From Klebsormidium nitens (Eukaryota > Plantae > Klebsormidiophyceae): a stretch of DNA of 64,000 nucleotides. The stretch is taken from positions 1-64,000 of the forward strand of contig DF236970.1 in the NCBI GenBank assembly GCA_000708835.1. The letters run 5' to 3'. A program made the position numbers and the translations under genes. The notes under the pieces were generated by a model. It saw only the letters and a list, made by a program, of their open reading frames with translations. It did not search any database and was not told where the DNA came from. Shown here in pieces: positions 1 through 13,100 of the stretch (position 1 is the stretch's first letter; each line of letters starts with the position of its first letter).

Positions 1-862
1 TAACAAGGCGTCCCGCCTTAAGCCCACACAGAATGTTCCTGTTGCTACGCAGCGCGCGAGCCCCTTGGGCTGTGCAGCTGCGGATCCCCTGTTCCTGCTA
101 TCCTTAGCGCCTTTGCGCCTACCCTGCAAAGCTAAGAATCTGGAAACACAAGGAATGAAGCGAAGTTCTGCAAATCTTCCAACTTCTATCAAACTTGGCC
201 GAAGTGTAGCGCGGCCTTCCCTAAGCCGACAGAGCCTCTATTTACAGTATGACTGGGTCGCTGGAACTCGTAGAAGCTTCCGGAAGGAGGCCCCGTGGAG
301 AAGTTGCACAATAGACCAAGCAGTCTTAGCGCAGGTTCTCAATGAGGTATTGAGTTCCTTTGCCTAGTCACGTAACTTAGTGCGGAGTACTAGAGTCTTC
401 TCCGCGAGGCCTTTTGTCTTCTAATTTCCAACGGTCGGTTAGACTCCGCCGATCTACGGTCTTGAGCTACTCTAAAATCATCGTGCGGCCTTCCGCAATA
501 AGCACGTGGTTCCGGAAGGTTCCACGCGCTAAACCCTGAACTGCGGAGCCTGCACAACTTATCGAACCAAATTTACTTCGCGCCGCGGCTTAGCGCGCAC
601 TCCTGTCCTGCAGCGGCAAATGTCTGCATGCCACGTGTCGCTATCTTATACGCGCGCAGACCTGGTGGGGCTCCTGCGCAAGGCGGGAGCATTCAGAGAG
701 CACAGCCAGCCTCCGAATGCATGAATGATGATGCACATTGCAGAGCTGCACATGCTGCAGAGCTGCACCTCCGTCATACATGATCATCTGGACTCTGCAC
801 TGCGTCGAGCTCGAAGCTCTAGCCTCTAGGCGCCTCTCACTCCTCAGCTCCACGCTGCCGTC

Positions 863-3800
863 ATGGGGCCACCTTCTCAGCCCGGATCAGAAGCTCGCTC
901 TGTGAGCGATCCCGCTTTCATGAATGTGGATGTTGCGATTGCGGGCGCGGGCTTGGGAGGGCTGGCGCTTGCGCTGGGTCTGAAGGAACGTGGCATCACA
1001 GCGCATGTGTTTGAGGCGGCGCCGGCCCCGAGGACTGACGGGGGCACCGTGATTGGGTTTTTTCCAAATGGTGGGGGCTGGCATCCTTTTTCTTTGCATG
1101 AGCTTAAATACTCATTTTCAGCTGCATTCTAGTTCTCAATCCCAGTAAAAGTCTCTGAAGGAGGAGAAAGTAGTCATTGCCCTAATGCAGGTAGTCCGGG
1201 CTGATAACTGCTGCTTATTCTAAATGCATCGAAACCAAGAAAGTACTTCTAGTCGCTCTGAAAGTATGCTGATTGAGTTGGGAAAAGGTGTTGCATCATT
1301 CATAAGCTTTCCATCGAATGAAGAGGACCGAGACGCACCACAAAACAGTTTGTTGTGATGCTAAGTCGGCTGAGAGCTTCTCGCAGCACGTGATGAAAAT
1401 TGCTACCTCCTGTTTTTGGGACAGCAGCTCCCGAAGGGATCCCCCAACTGTGCCACCTTGAAGTTTGCTGGTTGGGTTTGTGCACAGCAGCCCCTTCAAC
1501 AGAAATGACAAGAGACCTGAGTGGTCACAGCCCAAGGGAACGAGAATGCCCTATCAACCACCGAATGGGCTTTTGGAGATTTGAGATCGATCTGCAAGGA
1601 CTTTGGAAGAAACTGACAACTCGGATCATGGAACCTCCTTCCGACCACTTTGACAGGGCCGCCCACTAAACGTTTTTCAAAATGCCCCTTCCCATTCCTC
1701 TTCACCTCTGGCTCCCTTTGTCCGATACAGGCCCTTTTCTATCAAGCAAATCCAGCTCATCTCCATAGTAGCGTCGACATTGCTGCTCCCAGTGTTTACA
1801 AGGGCAGCACATGCCCTTGATGGGGCCATAAGAGATTCCTCCTATTCAGAACATATGTCGAGCCAAAGAGCACTCCATGCTATCAGAATTTGCCGGCCCG
1901 GCTCATTTTCGCGCCCTGGAATGATCCCCTTGTGCATTCACAACCCGCATTCTCTGTGCTAAGAGCAATTGGAGTTCCTCGTTTCAGGCCAAACCGCGCT
2001 CAATGGCGTCAGTCCCGGGCTAACTGACCGCATCAAGGCGCGCGGCAACAGATGTCCGTCTTTGACGTCTATTCGGCTGTGCGACGGGGTCCTCGAAGAG
2101 GAGCTGAAGCGCGATAACCAAAGTGGGATAGCGATGGTTCCGTGGAAAGACTTCCAGGAGATTCTGGCGAGCAGCATACCGCCCGAGCAGATCCATTGCA
2201 ACCATCGGCTGCAGAAGTTCACGCCGGTTGAGGTGAGACTTGGATCTGGATCCATAAGTGAAACTGTTCTCAAGAGGTCAGGCCTCCAGACCGGGTACGT
2301 TAATTCATGGCTGCTTACGTGAATCCAGTGATTGTGAGGATGTTGGACTGACTCATTCTGGTTGACTCTAAGAATAGCTGGATGAAAAGTCTGGAGAGCC
2401 GAGCTAGACGCCTGCAACATGGTTCTTCTGTTCAAGTGAAAGGGTCAGCTGAGCAGATCGCTCCAGGGTGGGTCAGAAGTTTGATCTTAGCTTTTGCATT
2501 CTGGACCCGCACAAAGCATGGTTTCAGAGAATCGAGCAGAGGCTAAAGAGCAGAAGTTCAATCTCAATTTGACACTCACAGTAGTGGTGAAGTAACAAGA
2601 ATCAGTACCCTAAAGCGTCCTCCCTGCCAAATTTGCATTCTACAAGTCGGAGTCCTTCCAAAACTTCCTCTCCATCTGTCTGTTCGATCTTGGTCGACCA
2701 CTGGCAGCTGTGTCCCTCGATCGAAACAAACCGAGTACCCAAGACCTCATTTCAACACACAGTCTCTGTGACCTTGCAAACTCGTGAAAAGTTTGACAAC
2801 CCAGAGCGTAGGAACCATCCGATCACCGTGCCTAAACGGAAACTTGACTAGGGGCGGAAACTCAGCTGAAGGCTTCTCAACTCGTGTGCAGGGCGGAGTA
2901 GAAGCCGTCTTCGACATCATAGGCGATTCGGACGCCCGAGAAAACTACTCTGCGTCCAGCAACGCGTACGGTGGGGCTGCTATTGGGCAGCTCACAGTGC
3001 GGACGAAGCTGCTGGTTGGGGCGGACGGGATACGGTCCAACGTCCGGAAAGCCATGGGCGGTACGACAAACGGTCCCGAATAGTTCTTTGAACGTCACTC
3101 TTGGTCCGTCTTTTGTTTCGTCAGCTCGTTTTTTAGCCGCTTGTCAGACCAGGTCTGTGTTCGCTTTACCATCATCAACTTGTTCCTTTTGTCCACTTTA
3201 GATCTGCGCTCAGTTTTCTGGAATCTGCAAGGAGGCTCCGAATCCGCTGACAAACAGTCCACAGGGAATTGGCTATACTTCTGCGACTGGCTGGCGTTGG
3301 GTTGCTTAATCCTTATTTGCAACTTCCCTTTGAAAACATTCATTCTTGTCCAAAAGGCTTGAGTCGTGCTCGCTCTCATTGTCGCGAGCCTTCTGCTGAT
3401 CTGTCCTATGATTGTCTCAGCTCGATGATTTGCCCACTTCGTATTTCTCGCCAAATAATACCATTTCATGCAATCAGATTCTATCCAGCAACTCCGTCAG
3501 CCATCGACCGTTTGAAAGCTAACGCTCTCAGAGTTTCTTCAAGATCTTCTAACGACTTTACGGATTCACCTCTCCGAAGTCATCGCCTCAATCCAGCCCC
3601 TCCCATCTGACGTCATCTCTCGTCTCGTGACGTCATCAGGCAAGGCCCCCCCAGTATCTCGGCAACCTGCACTGGAACCTCTTGAAAGTATTGTCCTCAA
3701 CCAGCACGCTTCCATCTCACGTCATCTTTGTCACGTGACGTCATCAGGCAAGCCCCCCCAGTATCTCGGCGACCTGCACTGGAACCTGCTGGTGCACGAC

Positions 3801-6800
3801 CCCGACGAGACGATGGTGCCGATCAAGGACGAGTCGCACATGCGCTTCGCGGACGAGAAGGCGGGCATCGTAGGCTTCCTTTCAGATGCCGGTAAGACAC
3901 TCAGAATTCCCGGCGATTCAGGGTGTTCGAAATATTAGGGTAGAGGGTGGACCAGTCGCACATGCGCTTTGCGGACGAGGAGGCGGGCATCGTGGGCTTC
4001 CTTTCGGACGCAGGTAAGAGCTAATTTGAGGTTTCAAAGTCTCAGAATTCAGGGTCTGGAGATTTAATGCTCACCGATCTCCGGGTGTCAGAATTTGAGG
4101 ATTATCGAAACGCACTTCCGCTTTGCGGACGGCAAGGTGGGCATCGTGGGCTTCCTTTCGGATGCGAGTGAGGCTGTTGTAGATTATTAGAGGGTTACGG
4201 GTTACGGGTTTAGGTTAGAATTTCAGGTTGGACAATCGCACATGCGCTTTGTGGACGAGAAGGTGGGCATTGTGGGCTTCCTTTCGGACGCAGGTAAGGC
4301 TGTGTAGGGTTTACAGGGTTACGGGTTTTGGATTCAGATTAGGATTCCAAGGTGGACGAATCGCACATGCGCTTTGCGGACGACAAGGCGGGCATCGTGG
4401 GTTTCCTGTCGGATGCGGGTAAGAGCTGTTTTCAGGGTTCAGAATCTCAGGAATCAGGATCAAGAGAATTTCAATCCCAGTTTTAGTGTTTGAGGATGGA
4501 CGAGTCACACCTCCGCTTCGTTGACGACCAGGCGGGCATCTTCTTCTGGACGCGGGTAAGAGGGTTTGGGTTAATGGATGTCAAGACTTTAGGGTTTAGG
4601 TCTCGAGGATGTGGGTTTGACAGTGGACGAGACGCTCATTTGCTGTGCAGACGACAAGGCGGGTAAGCTAAGCTTGTTTTTGGGATGCGGGTGAGAGCTC
4701 TTTCTTTGCCTCCTTCTCGGCGTTACATGTGATCGTTTCGGCCGAAACCCTTACCAGTTTGACCCCATTAACCGTACCAAGCGCGACTAACCCACTGCCA
4801 TCGACTCGCCACTCAGATACAGAGCTGATATCAATTCCCTACCTATTCTGACCATTGACACTACCAGACGGCAAGATATCTTGATTCTTCCCTGCAAGGT
4901 GCTTGAGTCGATCAGACTCTCGATGATTAGAGTGACGTGCTCGCAAGCCGTTGTCTTTCATTGGTTGTTTGTGATTATACTTTTCGTCCGTCCTGCCCGG
5001 TCCCTTGTTTCGAACCTTCCAGGGACTGCTCTGCTTCGCAACGTTGTCTCACAAGACTGGTGTGCCCTATTTTGGAAGATTTAAATTCATACAAGCAAAG
5101 CCGAGAAAATAATCTTGACTATGTCATTCAGTCTGCGGCCACACGCGCGTGGGTAACATGTATTGCGCGCGGCTCGTCTCTGGATAGTACTTATACCGCG
5201 ACATCGAAAAAATGTCAACGCGCTCGAGCAGCCGCTGGGTTAACGGAGTCCGATGTCCGATATTGGGTTTGCCCGGCCGATATAAAAAACGTCCCTTATA
5301 GGGCGCACCGTCTTACTTTCTTAGACACGTGGATACATCAATTACTTGGGGATTAAACACGCCTGTTCCAAGGGCTTGTCAGTTTCCAGTTTCAGCCACA
5401 AGTGCCCAATGCAAAGTGCAAGCCGACCTGATCGAACAGTTTCCAGCTCCGTGAGTGCTGCTTTCCTTGCGAGAGGCAGAGGTTTGGCCAGACTCGAAAA
5501 CTCATTGCCAGAATCCAATCCTTGAAAGAGTACAGTGTTCAATCTCACACGAAACCGTGGTGGAGTGTGACCGCAATCAGATGGACACCTTTCTGTTTCC
5601 GTTCCCCCAGGTCACAAATGGCGATTCTTGAGCGTCAGGAAAGCAGACCCCGACGGGAAGATCGTCGCGGGCTACGGGCCGGAGTTTGGGGGCTTGGGCA
5701 AGCCGGGTGTGAAGGAGAGAGCGATTGGAGCGCTGCCTGGCAGTGACAACTGGTGAGGAGAAGTCCGAGACCCTTCTCTAACATGAGCACCTAGCTATAT
5801 TCTGAGAGCTTCTTGGAAGGCGAGGGAGCTCACTTGTTTGTGATTATCTCGTTTTTGAGAGACGCTGCGCTTGAAGCTTTTGAGGTCCGGAATTGCGAAG
5901 CTTGACAAGCGAGCGGCAAGCTGCGGGCCGGAATCGGAGCGCCTTCTAGGTGCAGAACTGCCGATGGCATTTCTGAGACGGCGATAAACTCGTAAGAATC
6001 TGTGCGGAATCAAAGCGACCTCAGAATTTCGCGGATCGTAGACCTCAAAAGAAGCTTGGATCTTCGAACATGGCATCCATCAGAATACACAATCAATTAA
6101 ACCCGGTCCCAATCGCGGACCCAGGTCGCTGAGCACATTGGAGCTTTGTGACTACACTCCCACTTTGGAGGCACCCTTCCTGTCTGCACTCCACGCATAG
6201 GTCGGTTTGGCCGCAACGGGCAAGTTAACGCCCAAACAATGGGCAGGGAAAATAGATCTGAAAATGGATTACTTGCAGGTATGATGTTGTGCGGGAGACG
6301 CTGCGAAACGTGGCTGAGAGCGACATCTTCGAGCGGAGAATAATGGACAACGTGGCGCTGGACACGTGGGTCGCTGCGGATGGGCACGTGGTCCTCATAG
6401 GCGATGGTCAGTCTCCTGGTTTTCTCCATAAGCGACCCTCCTTCTGGAAGCAATCACATTTGGTTGCTTAGCGGCTCTCTTGAGTGCGCACCTTGCGCTC
6501 TCGCTTATGTCTAACTTTTCTCCGTGCCTCCCTTGCTCCGGCTGTTCACCACGCTAGAAGGTTGTTGTCTCATCCCTCCGTTCTCGTCGTCAAGTGTTCC
6601 TTTAATATATGTAACTTTGCTTCCTCTCAGCCTTGCTTCTTTTGGGCTCGAGGGCCAGACCAGAATATTCACCTACTCGTGATTCCCGCTTTTGCGTTTG
6701 CTCTGATTTCGTTTCTTTCTGAATGGCTCTCCCCTTTCTGAATAGCTCTCCCTTCTGGATTGAGTTACTAGAATCAGTGTTTGTCTTGTACGGCTTTGCG

Positions 6801-8287
6801 AACCCAGTTCCGGAATCTCGGCCATGAATGAGTCCAATCAGATGTGGTGCTTGTCCAGCTTCTGATCCCCCTTCTCAAAGGTTTTTCCCGCTCACCAAAA
6901 TTGTGCCCTCGTCTCTTTCCATTGCGTCCGCTCCTTCCCGTCTCTTGTCCACCTTCCAATGCCAATGTCGGACGTACGAAGAACGATGTCTGGCGATGAT
7001 TCTTGCAGCTGCCCTGCTATGCACGTAGTCCGCTCTCTACTGTCGTTTTCTCTTCCTCCAATGCCAATATCGGACGCACGAAAGGCAAAACTCGACCAGA
7101 TTCGACTAGATTCTTTGCAGATGCCTATTCTATGCACCCAATCGGCCCTCTACCGTTCTTTTTCCTCTTCCTCCGATGCCAACCCGGACGCACGAAGAGC
7201 CTAATCCGACCAAATCTGGCTAACGTTTTGGCAGCTGCCCATTCTATGCATCCAATCCGTCTCTGTCGCCAGTTTTTTTTGGTCTGTAACCAAACCCGCC
7301 AATCATTGCTGGCATCACCATAGTAATATCACCAAAAATCATATGCTCCCTTCGAGGCCTCCAATGCCAAGATCGGACGCACGAAGAGCAGAATCCGACC
7401 AGATCCGATCACGTCTTTGCAGCTGCCCATGCTATGCACCCAATCGTCGGCCAGGGCGCCATGCAGACCTTTGAAGACGCGCATCAGTTGGCAGAGCTGC
7501 TGAAAAAGGAGGCGGGGCCCGACTTTTCGACAGACGGCGTTGCCACGGCGGTGCACAGGTAAGCTCCGCAGCAGGCTACTTTGATTTTTCCGCGTCCTTT
7601 TCACACTGAGAAGAGCGTCATATGACGCGCTTGCATATGCTGGCAGAGCGATCAGTTGAGTGTGTCATTCATAAGTGGTCAAATGAGAAGTTCCTTGTAA
7701 GTTTGACGACGCGATTCTTATTTTAAGCCGCTCGTAGGAGGCTTCCACGTTGCATGCCTCCAACGCAGACAGCCCTGGAGGCATGCAGCTTTTCTGATGC
7801 TTGCCAGGGTACTTGTCGGCCTTTTCGCATGACAAACGCCGTTCCGCTGCATGATTCCGCTCCCCTAGAGAGCTCCGCTGCGATCTCAGTTCCCCTCTTA
7901 TAATACGCTCCGTGCTTTTGGATATATTCCGTTCCGCTGATGGGCTCCGTTCCGCTAAGCGGAGTCCGCGTCACTGACTCGTTTGTTCTGCTCCCAGGTT
8001 CCATTCCGTTGACGGTACAACCTGGTCGTTGCTGTTCCGCTGACGGGCCTTATATTCCGTCTTGCAGGTTCGAGAAGGTGAAGAAGCGACGGGCGGAGCT
8101 GGTCCAGGCGTTCTCCCGCGAGGCCTCGAGCCTTCCGAAGGAGGTGACGGTTCCGGCGGAATACCAGGACCTGAGCGGACCGGAAAAGCTGCAGCGGTTC
8201 TCGCAGCTCAACACATGGATGCAACGATACCCGGATGTTTTGGGAGGGGATCCGGACTCCGTCTACTGGAAACCACTAGAAAGTTGA
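863..8287 (+). CDS. FAD-dependent (class A flavoprotein) monooxygenase, FAD_binding_3 family (plant MO1-3/zeaxanthin-epoxidase-like); 8 exons
   Basis: Exons about 863-1070, 1988-2232, 2892-3060, 3748-3891, 5611-5752, 6279-6406, 7423-7558 and 8068-8287, all GT-AG and phase-compatible. All three family fingerprints are present: VAIAGAGLGGL (GxGxxG), LLVGADGIRS (DG) and VVLIGD|AAHAMHPIVGQG (GDAAH..P..GQG, split by intron 6). Confidence 0.9.
3607..3680 (+). repeat. Echo copy of the intron 3/exon 4 acceptor junction of the monooxygenase
   Basis: gtgacgtcatcag|gcaaggcccccc-cagtatctcggcaacctgcactggaacct duplicates the functional junction at about 3735-3790. Confidence 0.85.
3834..4697 (+). repeat. 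Array of about 7 copies (1 functional + 6 echoes) of the last ~60 nt of exon 4 plus the GTAAG donor, separated by GGGTTT/TTTAGGG-rich spacers
   Basis: The unit tcgcacatgcgctt(c/t)gcggacga.aaggcgggcatcgt.ggcttcctttc.ga.gc.ggtaag starts at about 3834, 3956, 4111, 4236, 4361, 4503 and 4625. The two most distal copies are the most degenerate. Confidence 0.9.
6958..7450 (+). repeat. Four tandem copies (about 100-190 nt apart) of the intron 6/exon 7 acceptor junction; the last copy is functional
   Basis: atgccaa..cggacgcacgaa....gcag|(c/a)tgccc..(g/t)ctatgca at about 6960, 7060, 7175 and 7362. Confidence 0.85.
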
Positions 8288-10189
8288 CCACCTTGTTTCA
8301 TAGACCTGGATTTACGGCTTTGCGCGATCCGAGTTGGATGTGCGACTTCAAACTGGTGGATGTAAAGAGACTCTCTTGCTACGTGGCGGCTCATTCATCT
8401 GCCTTTTAGATATGGCAGACTGTATTAAACTAGAGCGATGTCTGCCGTTGATACGACAAACGATACAGGGAACAGCTAAAGGCCGCCTTCTTGCGGTGCG
8501 TTGATAGGAAGGGAATGGGACCGGCTTTCACAACGAGCAGATATGACGGCTAGCCTTAGAGTGCAGTTGTTGAATCGTACTTTCAGTGTTAAGCCTGTAA
8601 CGAATTGTTCGTAAAAGCTTTTGATTTAGGTCCTTATCTGGGACACTGTATCATAGCACGACGATAACGATAGCTCGAGAGCGGAGAGAACGTGCAGTAT
8701 TGGACTTGAGCTAGTTGTACCGGAGTCCCGCTTTTTTGCAATTAGGGCCTTTCGGCCTTGTCCAACGGAGGACGACTAGCTACAGCTGCCCCTTCCAAAG
8801 CTTCGTTTGAAAGTCTGCAGCAAAATGCAATGACTGTCGAAGTCCGGAAGTAACTGAACAAGCGCAGCTAGATCATGGCGGCTTTCACGTAAATGCATTC
8901 CATTGCCATGCCGCTGCATCAAGCGTTCAGAAATTGCATGTATGCAAACGTTAATTGTGTAGTACGTCCGTCGATAATATGCGTCATGCAGCTGTAATAT
9001 TGTGGTCATACGCTATCGACATAGCTAGAGTAGCCTGGATCGAGAGGGTTTTCCTTCAACGTCGCGTGCTGCATGTGGTACTACCCGATTGCTGCTCTTA
9101 CGATTAAGTCAAATTTTGCCGAGCACAGTAGTCCGACCCATGCATGAACTGAACATGAAACACTCTCACTCAAGGACTCGATCCGACGTATACGCCGTAC
9201 GTATAGCCACCTTCAGGCCATCCGACGGCTTCTCATCATGGCATGTGGCACAAACGTCTTGGATCGTTGTTCTAGTAAAAGACTTAATAGTTAGTGCATG
9301 TTGTTATCACTTCAGAGTATTTCAATGTCCGACACGTACATCGAGCGCGGCGCGGGTGCTCAGGCTTTCTAAATAAGTTCGGGCCTGAAGATTCCTATGG
9401 GGTGTTTCTAGAAATCATGTCGATCTGTTCTTTGTCAGCCTCACAGGTCGCATTCGGAGATCCCATGCAATTGCTACCTCAAGCATAAACCACAGGGAGA
9501 CCGTGCAGAATTTGCATGATCGGTGATCACGGAAAATGCATCATAATCAGTCCACTACAGCTCTATACACAGCAACCGTCATATTTATACTCCGTGCAGA
9601 GTGCACCGGGGTGGCTTGCACGACCACCAGACGACCCGGTGGAAAAGCGTCTAAAGTAAGACAGTAGAAGCTTCCCTATACCTAGGTGTGACCTTATCAG
9701 TTCAGTTGCTGACAGACGACTTTAGCTATGTATTAAACTGAGATCTGACCCCACAGAGTCCAAACAAACAGAGACCCACAATTTCAATGAGAATGTCTAC
9801 CAGTACTAGTAACTAACAGTGCGTGCCTCAACTATACGGTGTATGGAGCCGCGAAGAGATGTCTATGTGATTTGAGACATGGCTGCGTGAAGTTACAATC
9901 TCGTGGGCCTTGCATTGTCTTAGGCGCCGCTACTTAAGGCCTACTCTGCGCAAACATTCTGAACCGGAACGATGGTTCCAGTAAGCACGCCCAGTCTCTG
10001 GAAGCCAACGGGATCTCTGTACAGTACTCAGAAGTTATGTTCCAGCCTATCAAGTGCAGCTCGCACGAATAACTGGTTCCACTGTTTGACAACGCAGCTA
10101 GAGCGGTAGCTCGTGACGCATGATATGCGCAGCGCTCGTCAATACAAGTGGCTCTTGTAGTTGCCACGTGGCACGCCGCTCGATGGGTC

Positions 10190-13100
10190 TCACGTCAGGA
10201 AGTGCGACGTGTTGTGGCCTAGCATGTCCTCCTCTCTGAATGTAGCGACGAATGTGGTGGCGCCACGTAGCACCAGGTTCTCAACGATGTAAAGCTGGTA
10301 CTCGTTGCGGATTACTGGTCGGAGAATGGCGCTGAAATTGAACGGCTGGAACACCTGGCGGTGGTTATTGTGAACGATTAGCGAAGCGTGACCAGAGAGA
10401 GCGAGGACTTTGACGATGGCGCGACGACTGCCGTGATGATGCTGGAACGCTGCCCTCTTCTAAAGGGTTCAAATTCTGTAAGAAAGGCTATTTCAAATAC
10501 CGTGAGATGCAAACATGACGCGTGGTGCGGAAAGGGAAGAGCAGAGTGTACTCGGTTAAAGAAAAACAAATCAGGCAGTACGTGCCGCACCCGATCGAGA
10601 AACCAGGCGCCGCCACGCCTTAGCTAGAAGGGGTTTACTTTCGGTCTTTGTAGGAGTTAATAGGGCCGCTCATAACGCCAGAAAGTTAAAAACTTTCAGG
10701 GCAGTCTCCGTTGCTTTGGCACGATACTAATTGCGATTGAAGCGCTCGTTAAAAAAGCTCATACGCAGCGTGCACAGTTGCGCGGAGACAAGCGGATCCT
10801 GGTGCGTGGTAAGATATTCGACTAAAAGGCTCGCAGTCGACCCTTCAGTACAATTACCCCTGAAGAAAGCATCGAAAACGCGGAAACCTACTCTCTGGTA
10901 TGCCGAAGCTTTCGGCTGATGCGGATAAGCATCTTTGCTCTTCTGGTGTCTTTCATCGAAATCAGTTGACAAACCACCACGAAACACGAATTCAAATCTC
11001 GTCACATACAGCAGCTGCAGGCTTGATAATTTCTTATTGGGAAGACGAGATTGATGGTTTGACAAAAGCCCGCAGATGGAGATTTTTAGGCGGCTGAGCC
11101 GACCAGGTGTGATGAGAAGGGCGCTTTGTCGATTTGGCACTAAAACTTCGATCGTGGAGAACGGATCCGCGGAACCGGAAGCCTCCCCCGATGAGCAGCC
11201 CCGACTTGCGCAGACATGATCCGTCTGGTGATGTAAGCACGTCGTCAGCACACATCTGCCGCACATGCTTGTCGGAGGTTACAAGCCGACGGGAGCCGTG
11301 ACATCAGCGCTGACGTCACCTCACCTTGAAGTCCCGCCGCAGCTCCTCGAAAAAGCTCTGGTTCGCCTCGTTGCTCGCCACGTAGACGCTCCTGCCGGCC
11401 GGGATCCATTTGGACAGCCGGGCCCGGATTGCGGACGGTGACGTGTCACGCGCCAAGTGCGGCCAATGCCTGGAGAAAAGGGCCGACCAGATTGACTTGA
11501 AGTAGAGGATGTCAATACCATTCACGCTTGGTTCAAAGCGGGTGCCTGGCGGAACTTTGGCAGGTATCCTTTGGCTATGTTTATTCCCATTATATCTAGT
11601 CATCATGTCAGCGACTCGCCTCGCGCTGGCCCCCCGATGCTCAAGCGGCTTCGGCTCATCTGACAGAACCCCTCCAGGACTTCTCATCTAATAGATCCAT
11701 TCGTCGACCGAAGTACCAAGGGAACGTCAAAGAAATTGAAGTGATCTCCTCCGCTTCAATCAAGCATGAAACAAAAACACCGGCCTTCGTCCTGAAACGT
11801 ACTGTACCTCTTGCCATCAAGCAGACTGGCTACTTCACTCTCAACACTCTCGCCCACAAACTTAGAGGTCCACTGATATTTTGGCAAACCTTGCAATCAG
11901 CGTCGCAGGATGACATTTCCGTTCCCTTCCGTTCGATACGGGAAGCTCCAGACTCTGTGGGCTTCTCAGGCAGGAGCGATTTAAAACATCCGGAGGCTCT
12001 TTCCGTTTATCCTTGTGATGCATTTTATGGGGGGTCACCTTACCGACTCGGATACCCAGTCAGCTTGTCCCCCCTTCGTACGTGCACCGCATCATAGTCC
12101 CCCATCGCAGCTTGCATTTCCCGCGCCGCTTTGCGCAACGGCTCCGCAAAGCATACCGGAAACAATTGTGAGTGCCTGCGAAGGCAAAGGGGCGGTCGTT
12201 TTAGGAGAGCGCCAAGATTGTTTGACTTATCCGGCTGGATGCAGATCGTCCCAGTCCGCAATGTATTAATTTTGTGACCTGATGTGTATGGAGCCACTCT
12301 GAGCCTGATGGACTCTGAGCCACATCCTCAAAAAAGACTCTTATCTATGCATCCAATTGCTTTCGTGGAGAAGCTCGCGATGAAACAGCAACAGCGGAAA
12401 GAAAGGGAGTCACGACTGTCTTGTTATCAGCTCTATGTTGATGGAAACATCATGCAAAACTGCAGGTGCCGTAGTAAGACCCATTATAATGACTTTCTTA
12501 TCAGGCGTATTACATTTGCGCCTGGCAACAGATCCTTTCAATGCTGGCAAGTCCAATGCAAGGTCACCAGATGGACTATTCAGATGTCCCCAAATAGGCG
12601 ATGGTTGATTCATCCAACTCACGAGACTCTCCCTGTATTTCCACCACAAGGAGAGGACGCTTCTTCACAGATCGTCACAAATAAACTTCTCGCAAGGACT
12701 GCTGTTGCACTCACCAGATGCGCTTTTCGTAGCTCCCCTGTTTGCACACCTTGAACCAGGGAAAGTGGACGCCACTTGGACGTGTCCGCACCAGCAGCTC
12801 GGACACATTCCATGGCGCCACGTCCGCAAAACTCACTCCACCGTCAATAACGCAAACAGAACCGGAGGAGTGTCTCTTCTTATCTGAAATTTTAGATCCC
12901 CCGCCTTTGTTTTCGTCTGGAAACACGATCTTATTAGGAGCCTCGGACTCGCTTGGTACTTGAAGTTCTTGAAGAACCCCTTCGATTGGACTCACCTTTT
13001 CCTTGTTTCTTGTTGGTCTCAACTCGCTGCCAGATAAGTTGAAGCATCTTCCTACATCGGTCGCACTCTGAGCTTCCCATCGATGTAAGAAGCCACGAAC

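Noticed and set aside
65-860. Short ORFs and palindromic motifs upstream of the monooxygenase
   Set aside because: No family motifs, non-ATG starts and no terminal repeats; most likely promoter or UTR sequence.
3834-4697. Regularly interspaced repeats superficially like a CRISPR array
   Set aside because: Eukaryotic context, the repeats are ~60-nt exon-end copies with splice donors, the spacers are low-complexity, and there are no cas genes.
4750-5356. Possible MITE, or the 139-aa ORF, in monooxygenase intron 4 (gtttgaccccatta versus the reverse complement of tacttggggattaaac)
   Set aside because: The inverted match is short and gapped, with no TSD. The ORF starts at a non-ATG codon and has no recognisable motif.
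8400-10180. Intergenic ORFs between two convergent genes
   Set aside because: Random-looking translations with no splice-compatible exon chain.
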